Positions 24,779 to 37,848 of a stretch of 64,000 nucleotides of DNA are shown here, piece after piece; the first letter of the stretch is position 1; the number at the start of each line of letters is the position of its first letter. The notes beneath the pieces are model-generated. The model worked only from the letters and a program-made list of their open reading frames with translations, was not told the DNA's origin and did not search any database. A program made the position numbers and the translations under genes. Origin of the DNA: Podarcis tiliguerta (taxonomy: Eukaryota); NCBI GenBank assembly GCA_965153285.1, contig OZ229112.1. The stretch is one strand, 5' to 3'.

Positions 24779-25869
24779 TTCATTGCATATTAGCTTTTCT
24801 GTCCCTCCCAAGATATCTTAGCAGTGTCTTTCAGAGTGACGTTCCCAGGAATGTAACATTCCTATTTTCACATTGCAGCAGCAATTCAATGACTAGAAGC
24901 ACGACACACTTACATACCTGGTGTATGCAGATCCTTTATTGTTGTGCCCAGTATCATGTCATCTCACTACAAAGGCTGAAAGTGAGAAGCTTGAGTGAGA
25001 GACTCTTTTCAGCAGAGGTTGAGCTGACAACAGATTTCACAACTTTTTTTCATTTCTGCCATGAAGGGTTTTCTCTAGACTGACTACCTGGAGATACCTA
25101 CATAATGCATAAGTGCTGAACTTTCTAGAGCCAGTGTCTGCATGCATTGAGAAAACTTTTGTGCAAGCAATTGAGAAAAGGGAAAAACAGCTTTTGTCAG
25201 AGTCAGGCTGGAGGAAATTGTACACATATGCAGAAGGGTTTTTATTTATTTTTTTGGAAACTCAGTGAATATCCGAGGCACTCTGAATTTTCTATAGATA
25301 GCCATGGGGTAGAGTAGCAGACATATTCATGGAAATAAAGAAACAAAAGCTATACATCCTTATGTGGCGTATTTTATAGGAATGGCTGTTGAATCTGATT
25401 AACTTGGCATGAAAGGAAATGAGGACAGCTGTAGTAAATCCAGGGTTACTGTGCTAAAACATTTCAGATAGGAAAGGGTATGATCATATTTGCTTAATTG
25501 TTTTTTAACAATGCATGTACAATGAAATTAATAAATCAAATGGAAACCTACCTTCTTCAAAATATTTATTTTCTCTTTTTTACATTTCCCTTTAAAGTAG
25601 TTTATAAAATAGGTTTGTTGATACCTAACAGTCATATTCTTAGTAGAGCCACTGAACTCGATGGGTAAGTCCATTCATTTCAATGGATCCACTCTGAGTA
25701 TGACTAATATTGTACTTCATCTGCTGTTTTAACTGTTGCAGGTAGGTGATGCTATTGGTGAGAGTGTAGCAGCGGAGGTTGGGAATAAATCTTGTAGAAC
25801 TACAACTTGTAAATCTTAAAAACTGACTATTTGTAACAAAAACATGTTCAAATGAAATGCCTGGTGTAA

Positions 25870-26685
25870 TACTACTACTACTACTAATAATAATAATAAT
25901 AATAATAATAATTTTTATTTACACCCTGCCCTCCCTAGCCAAGATCAGGCTCAGGGCGGCTAACATCAGGTATAAAAACAATTAAAATACAACTTAAAAA
26001 CAGGATTAAAATACAACTTAAAATGCAGCCTCATTTCAGTGGAAGCCCAGATCAAAAACTGGGGGGAGAAAACATCAAATCTTCACCAAGGCTAACTATC
26101 CAGACTGGTCCTACGTGGGCCAGAAAAAAGCCAGGGAAGTCCCCAAATAGGGGTTCCATCACAGAAGAAAAAGGAAATAGGGGGAGGGGATCAGGCTGAT
26201 TCAAGCCAAAGGCCAGGCGGAACAACTTTGTCTTACAGGCCCTGCGGAAAGAAATCAGATCCCGCAGGGTCCTGGTCTCATGAGACAGAGCGTTCCACCA
26301 GGCTGGAGCCAGTGTTGAAAAGGCCCTGGCCCTGGTTGAGGCTAATCTGACTTCCTTAGGGCCCAGGACCTCTAGTGTTGTTATTTATGGACCTTAAGGT
26401 CCTCCGTGGGACATACCAGGAGGTATGAGGGTCCTAGGCCGCAAAGGGCTTTAAAGGTCAAAACCAGCACCTTAAACTGACCCTGTACTCCACCGGGAGC
26501 CAGTGCAGCTGGAAAAGCACTGGATGAATGTGGTCCCACGGCGAGGACCCTGTAAGGAGCCTCGCCGTGGCATTCTTTACCCGCTGGAGTTTCTGGGACA
26601 ACTTCAAGGGCAGCCCCGCGTAGAGCGAATCACAGTAATCAAGCCTGGAGTTGACCATCACATGGATCACTGCGGCCAGATCAGG
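25870..26685 (-). mobile_element. L2 LINE 3' fragment (end of RT ORF, 3' UTR, (TTA)n tail)
   Basis: ORF 26458-26670 reads SRLDYCDSLYAGLP...LQRVKNATARLL...PVLFQLHWLPVEYR, the L2 post-RT signature. (ACT)n(AAT)n tail at ~25868-25911. Confidence 0.93.
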
Positions 26686-27438
26686 GTGGGAAAGGGATGC
26701 AGGAATACCTAAACTGGTGTCCTCAAGTCATTCCTGGATCTGAACTCCCATCATCCCTGGCCATTGGCCATGATAATAATAATAATAATAATAATTTATT
26801 ATTTGTACCCCACCCATCTGGCTGGGTTTCCCCAGCCACTCTGGATTGCTGGAGCAGCTGGAATCTGGAGTTCAACAAGAACTGGGAGGCATCACATTGG
26901 CTATGCCTGTCCCAATGGCTTCAGAGAATATGAAGCTCCTTTATATTGACCATTAGTCCACTAAGCAACAACAACAAAAGTCTGCTCCAGTTTGCAGCAA
27001 TTTTCTAGGATCTCATGCAAAGGTCTTTCCAGCTTTGCTACCCGATATCAACGTATTCATTGAAAATGCTGCAGACTGAACATGGGTCTTTTCACTTGCA
27101 AAGCACATCGTTCGTGACTGTGTTACACCCCTTCTGGGCTCTTCATGTGAGCAACATGCACATGCTTTCAAACATGACAAAATAGCTCATAAAATCATTT
27201 GTTTTAAAATGAATCAACTCTTAACTGTCCGCTTCTCATTTCCTGATATGCCAGAAAACTGGCAATCATGAGCAATCAATCAGTCTTTTTCGTCAAAGGT
27301 AATGGAGGGGGTGGGAAGAAGATTTGATTTCAATCTCATGAGCTTCCTAGTGGTACTCCTGGGTAGATACCAAAGTCCAGACTGCTGTCATGCTGCACTC
27401 ATTTCTCCGTGTCACAGCTTAATAGTCATTTTGCTGTA

Positions 27439-27679
27439 CGGTGGTAACTCAGGTTACAAACTTAATTCGTTCTGGAGGTCCGTTCTTAACCCGAAACCAT
27501 TCTTAACCTGAGGTGCGCTTTCGCTAATGGGGCCTCCCACTGCCGCCGTGCCGCCACCACGCAATTTCTGTTCTCATCCTGGGGCAAAGTTCTCAACCCG
27601 AGGTACTACTTCCAGGTTAGCAGAGTTTGTAACCTGAAGTGTTTGTAACATGAAGCTTTTGTAACCCGAGGTACCACTG
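27439..27679. mobile_element. Tigger/pogo-like MITE
   Basis: TA|CGGTGGTAACTC ... GAGGTACCACTG|TA. Same family as 36814-37040 and 47245-47471. Confidence 0.9.
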
Positions 27680-28309
27680 TAGTGTCCTTAAATAAATAAA
27701 TAACAGCTCCTAAGTATACATGACATATCTCCTTTAGCATGCCAGCTTTTAGCTTTGGGTATTTATCTAGACAGTCATATAAAACTGCATTTCAGTCTTT
27801 CAACTGGGCACAGATGTTTGAAAACCGTTCAGAAGAACGGTAAATGTTGGGAAGAGGTCTACATTTCTTTTCTTATTCATTGCCACAAGTTCTCTTTATT
27901 ATGACAGATTTCAAACATATCCGGGGGCCAGGTCACATGACCAAGAGTCAAGGCACATGACATATTGAAATTGTTGTGTTGATAAGTAAGGGTAGATTAA
28001 TGGATCTGTCTATATCAGGTCCATGTAAGTTTTGCATGTGTTCATACATCTGTATTACCCAGTTTCCATGTTAGTCTGTGGGGTGTGGGTGTGGGGGGAA
28101 GAGAGACTGCTTTGTAAACCACTTTGAGGTTTGTTTGTTTTATAATCAAGCAGTTACAAATTTAATGAAATAAAATCAATTATATGTGTGTTTATTATCA
28201 TACCATTTTGAACCAAAATATATTCAAAAATACGTATTTAAATACAAATAGGCATTTAAATATGTATTTTTTAAAAAAAACTTTGGACATATTTTGACAC
28301 AGCAATCAC

Positions 28310-28742
28310 AGTCAGAGGCACATTGCCTTTAGCAGTGGATATAGAACACAGTCATCATGTCCAGCATCCCTCAGTGACCAGCTATGGAAAACCCACAAGC
28401 AGAAGAAGAGGGCAACATCCCTCTCCCCCTGTTGTCCTCCAGGAACTGGTATGGAGTTTGCATTTAGCCACCATGACTAGTAGCCATTGATAGTCTTCTC
28501 CTCCAATAATTCATCTAAGCCTTCCATGTCGGTGGCCATCACTGCCACCTGTGCGAGCAAGTTTCAAAGTTTAACTATGTGCTGCATGAATAAGTACTTC
28601 CTTCTTTCTGTTCTGAATCTTCTAACATTCAGTTTCAAGAGTTCATGGATTTTTTTAAAAAAAAGTTTGATATTTTATTGTGTTTTTAATATTCTGTTGG
28701 GAGCCACCCAGAGCGGCTGGGGCAACCCAGTCAGATGGGCAA

Positions 28743-28791
<49 letters not shown>

Positions 28792-28960
28792 AATAATTTC
28801 ACAAGTTCTAGGTGTTATGAGAGAAACTTTTCTCTGTCCACTTTCTCTATGCCATGCAGACTTTTATAGACTTCTGTCATGTTGCCTCTTACTTCCCTTT
28901 TCTCTAATCTAAAAAATCCCAAATTCTTCAACCTTTCCTCACAGGGGAGCTTCCTCTCCT
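28310..28960 (-). mobile_element. CR1 3' fragment interrupted by an L2 3' tail with (TTA)n (~28650-28795)
   Basis: Reverse-complement CR1 ORF2 end and 3' UTR. Inner ...ggagccacccagagcggctggggcaacccagtcagatgggc(ATT)n. Confidence 0.8.
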
Positions 28961-30283
28961 CTTGGCCTAGATCTATGCCCTTTCTCTCTCATCACTGTAT
29001 AAAGAAGATTCATTCAAAGCAAACTAAGCTGCCCTTGTGGCTCTTCTTTAGATGTTCTCTCGCCTCATACATCTGATTCCATCTGTCTTTTTAATTATTA
29101 CACTGAGGGAAACCGTGAACAGGTTTTTAAATGTTCATGCTTTGTTGCATAAATTGTACATCCCGCATACTAGTAAATAACATCTTGCATTATTGTCTGA
29201 TAAATAAAACATTTTTAAGCTATATGATTTTGGCCCCTAGAGAAGAGTAACAAGCTGCTTTAATATTTACTATCTTCTTTTCAGGCCTTCTTCAGAATTA
29301 GATTTGGAAAAATTTATGAACGTAAACACTGTGAAAACCACGCACCATGTCCATTGTGCTAACTTGGTAGCTATCTGTCTCTTTATCTCTCCATAGTCCA
29401 TCAAGTTTATTTAGGGCGACGTGTAAGAAGGTCTTGTCTTTGTTGCATACAAAGTGCAGTTTTAATATTATGACAAGCAATAATTTCTCTTGGAAAGAAA
29501 TTGAATCATCTTCATATTTGACATTAAGCAACATAGTATTTGTTACAAGCCAAGCAATGCATGAGATTCCAGGGGTCTTGGCCTTGTCTCTTTGTGGAAA
29601 TGAAGGAGCAGCAGAGACTTAAAGTTTATTCACATATATACAACCTGAGTGTAGGTGGAGGGAGTGCAGAATTTACAGCATTGCCATCTCTAGAGGGTTT
29701 CTCCCTGCTTCTCTCATGGCTTCACAGCCAGCTTGAATCTAGAGCAGCCGGCCATGTTTTCCAGTCTTCGGGTTGCCAGCTCTTCAGCCAGCAGCCAATA
29801 TGGTTGTGGCCTTTCTTCTCCGCCTTTCCAGCAAACCCTTGCTCCAAGCAACTCCTCCCATCCACCTGCTATCCCACCTGACAGGCATATTTTTCCTCTC
29901 AGCACATCCTGCCCCCTTCCTGTCACCTCAGCAACCCCTATTTTGCCCAGTCTCAAACACTTTCTTTGACATGTATTTGCCTGACTTTTGTTTCATAATG
30001 GCCTACATTCAACCAGCCCAGCCAGGCTGGTTTGCATGGGCTACACCCAGGAGAACTGCTGCAGACTGCAATTTCCCTTCAGTATATCAAATATTAACTA
30101 GATTCTGACATTCATTAATTTATCGGGTTATGGGGGGGCCTCCCCCCCAAATTGTCTGAGTCAGACCATTGGTCCATCTTGCTCAGTATTGTCTACAGCA
30201 GTAGTGGATCTGGCTGGATCCTGGCCCCCCTCAAACTCAGGGGCTGTTTCGTTTGCGAGCGCGATGGGTTATCTTCGATTTCC

Positions 30284-30916
30284 TTAGTGTTTTGATATTT
30301 TTGCTTTTCTTTTTCTTTGCTTCTGGTTTTTGTCTTTGTGGCTTTTTGCTGGTTCGGGTAGGTTGTTCATTTGGTCAGTGTCATTTGGCTCTGTGCCTCT
30401 TTCTTGAGGTGTAAAATTTTCCACTAGAGTCAGAAGTAGCCCATTTGTTATCGTTAGAAATGTTTTCATGCTGGAGAGGTTCGTGCATATCAAGTGGAAC
30501 TGGTCCTGAAGATAACTGTCTCCTCTGTTTGAGTACATTTGGAACTAACCAGTTGACTTTGAAAGTTTTTTTTTTCCAAGCTAAGAAGGTGGCCTCTGGG
30601 TCGTTATATCAGTTATATTTGCCTTATAGGATTTCTCAGCTAAGGCCAGTTCTTGAGCCAGGCTTGTTGGGTAGTTAATATTTTCGGAATCTTGTCGGAG
30701 CACTTTAAGATGAGTAGACCAATCCAGAACAGTGGAAGGAGGAGGAATGGCCTCATCTAGAATTAACTCATTCAGCTCCCTCTTACTCTCCTCCTTTTGG
30801 GGGCTGTTTTGACAGGTGAGCAGGGCACCAGGAGACCCATTTCTCCTTTGTAGTAACCTGCACCACAAAGGAAAAACCAAGCCAAGCCAAGCATGACTTG
30901 ATATGAGGCTTGACAC
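30284..30916 (-). pseudogene. Decayed ~200-codon ORF of unknown origin (possibly a LINE ORF1 remnant or retrocopy)
   Basis: ORFs 30581-30916 and 30284-30538 share a frame and are separated only by two TAG stops. A-rich coding strand and a K/R-rich C-terminus. Confidence 0.4.
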
Positions 30917-30954
30917 TTTCCATAGAGAGTGGCTGCACTATTGAGCTCCTTGAC

Positions 30955-31115
30955 AGTGTGGTGTGGTGGTTAGAGTGTCAGTCTAGGACCTTGGGCTAGT
31001 CACAGCCTTTGAAACTAACTTACTTCACAGGGGTGTTGTGGGGATTAAATGAGGACTGAGGTGATCCATGTACACCACTTTGAGCCTCTTGGAGATAAAG
31101 GAGGGATATAAATGC
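30955..31115 (+). mobile_element. Older Squam3-like SINE
   Basis: cagtgtggtgtggtggttagagtgtcag...ccttgggctagtcac...ttgagcctcttggagataaaggagggatataaatg. Confidence 0.75.
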
Positions 31116-31481
31116 AGTCAATCAACTCAGTAGCACAGCTAATCCTGGCAATCTTGAGGTCTGTTCCTATCATCCAACAGTCACTGACTTCAAACTCTGC
31201 TTTCTGCCAGGATCAGCTGAGCTACGGAAGTACCTGTAGCACAGCCAATCCCAGGTGACTTGCTCTAACCATCTGTCTGCTGATTGGCAGTGGCAGCAAA
31301 CCTCCCTTGCTGATGCCCAATCAAGAGCACACTTTAAGGATGCCAGCTGTGCACTGGCAGCCATGTCTCTACTTGGCCCTCACCTGATGTCACATTTCAT
31401 GAGGCAAGTGAGCCTAGCTTTGTGGAAACGGCCTCATGGGAGCTGTGCTGAGCTAAATAGTCCCCCCTAAAGAGCCCAGAA

Positions 31482-31785
31482 GGGACGCAGGTAGCACTGT
31501 GGTCTAAAGCACAGAGCCTAGAACTTGCCGATCAAAAGGCCGGCAGTTCAAATCCCTGTGACGGGGTGAGCTCCTGTTGCTCGGACCCTGCTCCTGCCAA
31601 CCTAGTAGTTCAAAAGCATGTCAAAGTGCAAGTAGATAAATAGATACCGCTCTGGTGGGAAGGTAAACGGCATTTCCATGAACTGCTCTGGTTTGCCAGA
31701 AGATGCTTAGTCATCCTGGCCACATGAGCGCCGCAACCCCAGAGTCGTCCGCAACTGGACCTAAGTGTAAAGGGTCCCTTTACCA
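31482..31785 (+). mobile_element. Sauria SINE (internally deleted)
   Basis: 13-bp TSD taaagagcccaga at 31468-31480 and 31787-31799. Confidence 0.93.
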
Positions 31786-32680
31786 TTAAAGAGCCCAGAG
31801 GTTCCCCATGCCTGGCTTACAGGGACTGACATTAGTTATCCAGAGTGTCAGAGAGGGTGCCAGACAACCCCAGACTGATCTGGAGATGACAGGAATTGAC
31901 CCTGGAATTTTTTTGCATGCAAAGCAGGTACATTAGCACTGAGCCATGGTCCTTCCCAAGCAAGTGAGATGGCTTGTATTTAATCATATGTAGGCCACTG
32001 AAGAAGAATCTTCCTTGCAGGCAAGTTCCTTTGTATGGAAGAAACAGGCTAATGGATGAATAATATATTTACCTCAACAGATTGATAATGAGGAAATCAA
32101 ATCCTTCCAGGTAATGCGGCAGAAAATCAGTCAATCCCTGTTTCCTGGCAGTCACTGCTGCCTATTCGAACCTAATGCTTCCTGGCTTTAGTGATGCTGG
32201 AGGAACTAATTCTCTAGGGGAAATTTAATTTGTATCTGTTTATACCATTTATGATGCTTTTTGTCTTTCAAATGAGAATATCAACCATGTCTCTATAGTG
32301 CAAAGGTGAAGTGGAGGTCATGCATGAGGATTGCAAGCAACCGCTATCCTGTTTTGTAGAGAAAGAGGGTTGAGGAGTTTTCTTTCTCTCCCTGACTCAT
32401 AATACTAGAACTCAGGGAGATCCGATGAAGCTCATTTGTTGGAAGAGTCGAGGGAGACAAAAGGAAATAATTATTCACACGGTACATTGCTCAGTTACGT
32501 AATTCGCTCCCACAAGAGGTATGGGTAGTCCCCAACATGGATGGCTTTAAAATAAAATACTAGCCATGATTGTAATGTTGTCGCTCCACAGTCAGAGGCA
32601 GCTTGCTCCTGAGTACCAGTTGCTGGGGATTACAAGTGGGGAAAGAGCTGATTCATGCAGTTCCCTTTTGGGCATTTCCT

Positions 32681-32687
32681 TTTGTTA

Positions 32688-32720
<33 letters not shown>

Positions 32721-33323
32721 CATGAAATTTCAAAAAAAAAATACAACATATTTTCTCATCTTATTCAGTGTTTTGGACTTCCATCAACCACATCTAAAGA
32801 TTTTTCAATCTTTATCACTTAATCTTCATTTCATTAATCTCACTATTACTTTTAAAAGTCCTTCACTAATAGTTCTCTTCATACTCTTCTCTGCAATATT
32901 TCACACAGTCCTCCTTACAAAACTTCTTGCAATCCTACTAGTTATTGCATATAAAAACAGTTTATTATCCTGTCTATTAATATCCTCCCCTACAATGCCG
33001 AGTAGAAATGCTTCTGGGTTTGTTTGTTTTTTAATAAATGTATATTTTAACATTTTTTTCATCTCATTATATATCATTTCCCAGAAGCTTTTCACTTTCT
33101 TACATTCCCACCACATGTGATAAAAAGATCCTTCTTTTTATTTACAGTTCCAACATTTGTTCCTTGTTTTATACATTTTAGCTAATTTCACTGGTGTAAT
33201 ATACCATCTGTACATCATTTCCATCACATTTTCTTTCAAAGCATTGCATGCAGTAAATTTTACTCCTTCTTCCACAGTCTTTCCCACTCTTTTAGCTGTA
33301 TGTTATACCCAAAATCCTTGGCC
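32681..33323 (-). mobile_element. L1 LINE 3' fragment inserted in a CR1 fragment (~32395-33425)
   Basis: Minus strand reads NKCWNCK*KEGSFYHMWWECKKVKSFW, the L1 ORF2 CCHC zinc knuckle. 18-bp TSD cccttttgggcatttcct at 32663-32680 and 33324-33341. Confidence 0.93.
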
Positions 33324-34073
33324 CCCTTTTGGGCATTTCCTACAGGCTAATGCTTGGCCATTGTGAGAACAGAATGCTGGACTAGATGGCTCGTTGGACT
33401 GATCCAGAATTCTCCTCTTTATTGCTTACAATTTCCCATCTACTGTTTTTATGCATCCAAGTTCCAGAAGCTGCTATGCACTTTGGCATATCCCTGTATT
33501 CTTTCTCCATGTTTTCCTATGATGAACACAGGGGGAGAGAGGGAAGTGGGTAGAACTTTTCAGTGACAGGAAGCTGCTTACCTATCTTAGGAGGGTCAAT
33601 TGTCCACAGGTTCCTTCTCATTGGCACTTACCTGTTTAATGATGCCATCTGGAGACAGAATGGATTGGATCTAGACTTAGTCAACTGCAATTAGTTCCCC
33701 TTGAAATCAGCAGCATTGAAGTTGAATTGCAACTAATGTTATGCGTTGATTTCGGTGGGACGTAAGTGCAGCTAACTTCATCTGGATCTGTCCCAGTGTC
33801 CCTTTTCTTTTTGGATTCTACCAGTATAGCCCATAACTCAAGGAAAAGAGAAGCTAAAAGACAGCAAATACAAAATGAACCCAAGAATGCGCTGCCTGCC
33901 AACCCAATGTCAACATAATTGGACAACAGAATCAATTTTTCAGAGACAGCAACTTCTTTCAACAAAGTGGCGTTCAAAGCAAGTATTGGCTAGTCCCTTA
34001 AAATATCCTTTCCTGTCAGAGCTTAATTATCATGACATTGAGGGGAAAGATACATATGTATTGCAGAAGAGCC

Positions 34074-34409
34074 TAGGGATGAACAGATCGGCCTATTTGC
34101 GGTCTGTGTCAATTTCACATGTATTCATTCATATCTATTTCATTTTGTTTCCATGTTAATCTGTGATTTTTAAAAAAGTTTGCACACAAATGTACATTTA
34201 AATAGCTATTTTATCCCAGTCGATGCATTTCTAGATGTATTTTATTCTACCACACTCATTTTAAAACACATTTTGGTACATTTTCCCCCCCAGCTGATTA
34301 CTGTATTATAAAATTCAGAGAGCTGCAGAATCCAAAGGATGTTTGCATAATAATGTGGGAGGTGCTGATCTGGTCAGTTCAGGGAAATTGAATTCCTCAA
34401 GCATCCCTA
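34074..34409. mobile_element. hAT(Ac-like) MITE
   Basis: Termini TAGGGATG / CATCCCTA around an AT-rich interior. Related remnants at ~3770-4045, ~22740-23095 and ~61000-61190. TSD not clear. Confidence 0.65.
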
Positions 34410-36045
34410 GAATAGATCTCTAAAATGATTAATATGAATCTTCATGAAGGCATATGCTAGAACTGCCCTCAGTTTTATTCCTAAGACATTGAAGAAATGA
34501 TGCTTGTGTAAGTGGTCTGTGGACATGATCAGGTGCAGATATTTGAATTTTCTGGTGCTAGCTGGTAAGCAAAAATCGCTAGCAGTGACTCTTTATTCCT
34601 TTGAGCTGTTCACTAGCCTAAGTGCTGAAAACAGAAGCATAACATTACATTGTTATTGACCAGAAACAAAATAAATAACTTGGGGGGGGGTACTAAGAAT
34701 TTCCAACCAAGGCCAGGTAAGAGGCTGCACAATATTGTGTGTGTGGAAATTTTATTACAGTGCCATTATACATTTCTCCTAAATAAATAAATAAATAAAT
34801 GCACCAATGCAATGCTGAGGAGGGTTTTTCTTCGCAAGAACAGCCATGGCATCTCTGCAGTCAACGTCATGGCCCACAGCATTAGAAACAGGTGGCTGAC
34901 TCTTTGAGGATGCCTTGAAGAAAGACTGAATCTAGGCTTTCCCCCATTTAGCACATTGCCGTCTGCTTCTCACAGTGTGGCGACTGTGGGAATCTTGGCA
35001 TCCTATGGCCTTCTGAAGCTTATTATTCTTGACAGACAGCATTTTGATTGGGGAGCCAAGCCAAGCCAATGTGCCCATTGGAGAGGAGAGGAATTAAAGA
35101 CAGGGAGTTGTGGTGCTCCGTCTTTGATGAGACATCAGAAATAATTGAGATACAAACAGAGCCAGCCCAAGAGATTTTGGCACCTGAGGCAGACCCTAAA
35201 ATGGCGACCTACTTCTCACCAAGGAAGAAAGGGTGAGGGAAGATATACACCAGGAACAAGGGAGGAAAAGTTTGATTTCATTCATATTTCAACACAAGCC
35301 TACCTAACTGTAGAAAATCAATCTTTTAGTGTGGCAGCCTCCACACTGGAACTCCCTGTCTATTGGCATCAGGCAGGTGCCTTCACTTCACTCTTTTCAG
35401 CACCTGCTAAAAACATTTTTGTTTAGGCAAGCCTACCCAGACATGCGGAACACTGCTGGATGTTGTAAACAGGTTTTTAGTTTATTGTTGAGTTTAATTA
35501 TTTCCTGAATGTTTCAAGCAGTTGTTTTTAACAGAGAATTTCATTGTTCTATTCTTTGGCATGCTTTTTTATGATAACAATGCATAAAAGCAACCCAAGT
35601 GTCAATGGATATATAGTACAGAAATAAGAATAGTTCAAGAGAAAAACAAGAAATCAAAAATATTTTTATCTCTCTAGCTTCTTTAACGCTCACAAGTGTA
35701 TTCAATAAACTTTTTTATCATTATTTTAAATAAAAGCCTTTTGCTTCCAAACTGCTTTAATGAAAGACAAAGGAAGCATTTAGAAAAATATAAATTTGAG
35801 GATCCATTTCCCTTTTAGTGTGCTTGAAAAGTTTTTGTAATTATGAAAAATGTGAAATAGCAAGTAGTTATGACAAAAAAGTGAGACAGCAGGCAAAACA
35901 AGCATATGTGTGCATTCTCAGTATGTGTATGCGTTCTACTACTACATTTAAAACTGCTTTTACAGTGAAGATATAGATAGAAACATACAACCAAGGGACC
36001 TGTACCCCCTTGAGAAATTCCGCTCACCTATTCACACACACACAC

Positions 36046-36451
36046 TTGTTGTTGTTTAGTCGTTTAGTCGTGTCCGACTCTTCGTGACCCCATGGACCAG
36101 AGCACGCCAGGCACTCCTGTCTTCCACTGCCTCCCGCAGTTTAGTCAAACTCATGTTAGTAGCTTCAAGAACACTATCCAACCATCTCGTCCTCTGTCAT
36201 CACCTTCGCCTTGTGCCCTCCATCTTTCCCAACATCCGGGTCTTTTCCAGAGAGTCTTCTCTTCTCATGAGGTGGTCAAAATATTGGAGCCTCAGCTTCA
36301 CGATCTGTCCTTCCAGTGAGCACTCAGGGCTAATTTCCCTAAGAATGGAGAGGTTTGCTCTTCTTGCAGTCCATGGGACTCTCAAGAGTCTCCTCCAGCA
36401 CCATAATTCAAAAGCATCAATTCTTCGGCGAACAGCCTTCTTTATGGTCCA
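36046..36451 (-). mobile_element. Bov-B (RTE) LINE 3' fragment
   Basis: WTIKKAVRRRIDAFELWCWRRLLRVPWTARR...LEGQIVKLRLQYF.HLMRREDSLEKT is the Bov-B ORF C-terminus, followed by a (CAA)n tail. Confidence 0.96.
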
Positions 36452-36813
36452 CACAGACACACACACTCCTCCAAATTCCATAGATGCTTTGTCCATGTGT
36501 GAAAGAACAAATTCACTTTTAACCTTGCTTTACAATACCACAGCAAACAAAGACCCCTCCCAAGAAATTTCAGGGTTCCTAAAACATTTTAACTGCACTC
36601 AAAATTCTTCAGATGTTTTGCTCTTCCGGGAAGAGGTCAGATGACTCTGTACTGTCAGAACCTGATTTTGGGGACTTCACAAATCATAGTGTGGGGCTGT
36701 TTGGAAGTCCTTTAGTAAACAGCCCCATGCTGTTCTTGGAATCTCTGAAAACCAGGTGGTTTTCAGAGGTTCAAAGAGCAGCATGGGGATGCCTGCAGAA
36801 GGGCTTTCAAGTA

Positions 36814-37040
36814 CAGTGGCACCTCTGGTTACATATGCTTCAGGTTACAGACTCCGCTAACCCAGAAATAGTACCGGTACCTCGGGTTAAGAACTTCAGG
36901 ATGAGAACAGAAATCGTCCTCCGGTGGTGCGGTGGCAGCAGGAGGCCCCATTAGCTAAAGTGGTGCTTCAGGTTAAGAACAGTTTCAGGTTAAGAAAAGA
37001 CCTCCAGAACGAATTAAGTACTTAACCCAAGGTACCACTG
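36814..37040. mobile_element. Tigger/pogo-like MITE (opposite orientation to the 27.4 and 47.2 kb copies)
   Basis: TA|CAGTGGCACCTC ... AAGGTACCACTG|TA. Confidence 0.9.
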
Positions 37041-37543
37041 TAGTTTGAATCTTTGGTTCCCCCTCTAGGAGTTAGTGGATACTCAACATCTATCAGCAGA
37101 ACTCACCTTCCTCCATCAAAGGAACAATCGGGAGCTCACTTGAAGTTCCAGTTATTGCTTTGAAGTCACAGCAGTACCTGCCATAGTTTACAGGTCTCCC
37201 ATAGTTTACAGATTGCATGACTGGCATGTAACTCCTCACAAACACCTGGGTAAAGAGATGTGTCTTCAACCACTGGTAGAAGGTCAACAACTTGGAAGGG
37301 AAGCCTCTTGATTGAGCATCCACCCTGATTTCCTTGCACAAAACTTTGATGGAAGTTAGGCTAAGTCTAGTCTTTACTGTGGATGCATTCTGATTTCTGT
37401 GCAACAGTAAGCGTTCATCATATATTTATCCTGATTTGCTTGTGGGCTGTTTATATGCATTCCTGCTAATGATTGCCTGTCACCCTTCTTACTATAAAAA
37501 TGCATTTACTTGCTTTTCAAAAAGATGGATTTGGAGTGGTAGA

Positions 37544-37848
37544 AATAATAATAATAATTTTAGGTTGCCCATCTGACTGGGTTGCCCCAGCAACTCTGGT
37601 CGGCTCTCGACAAAATATTAAAAACATAGTAAAACATCAGCTATTAAAAACGTCCCTGAACAGGGCTGCTTTCAGATGTCTTCTAAAAGTCAAATAGTTG
37701 TTTCTCTGCTTGGCATCTGATGGGAAGATGTTCCATCGAGTGGATGCCACTACCAAGAAGGCTCTCTGCCTGGTTCCCTGTAGCTTCACATCTCACAATG
37801 AGGGAGCCACCTGAAGGCCCTCAGCGCTGAACCTCAGTGTCCAGGCTA
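37544..37848 (-). mobile_element. L2 3' fragment
   Basis: Reverse-complement similarity to 56801-57042, with an (AAT)n tail. Confidence 0.8.

Noticed and set aside
25700-25763. Recursive splice site or 16-nt microexon (ttgcag|GTAGGT...TTG|gtgaga)
   Set aside because: The upstream branch and pyrimidine region overlaps a small palindromic repeat remnant, and the motif is expected by chance in 64 kb.
33632-33648. Minus-strand 17-nt microexon (ttctgtctccag|ATGGCATCATTAAACAG|gtaagt)
   Set aside because: The donor is strong, but the pyrimidine tract is short and another AG lies about 20 nt upstream. It is also on the opposite strand to the better 11.7-kb candidate. Worth revisiting only if the host gene is minus-strand.
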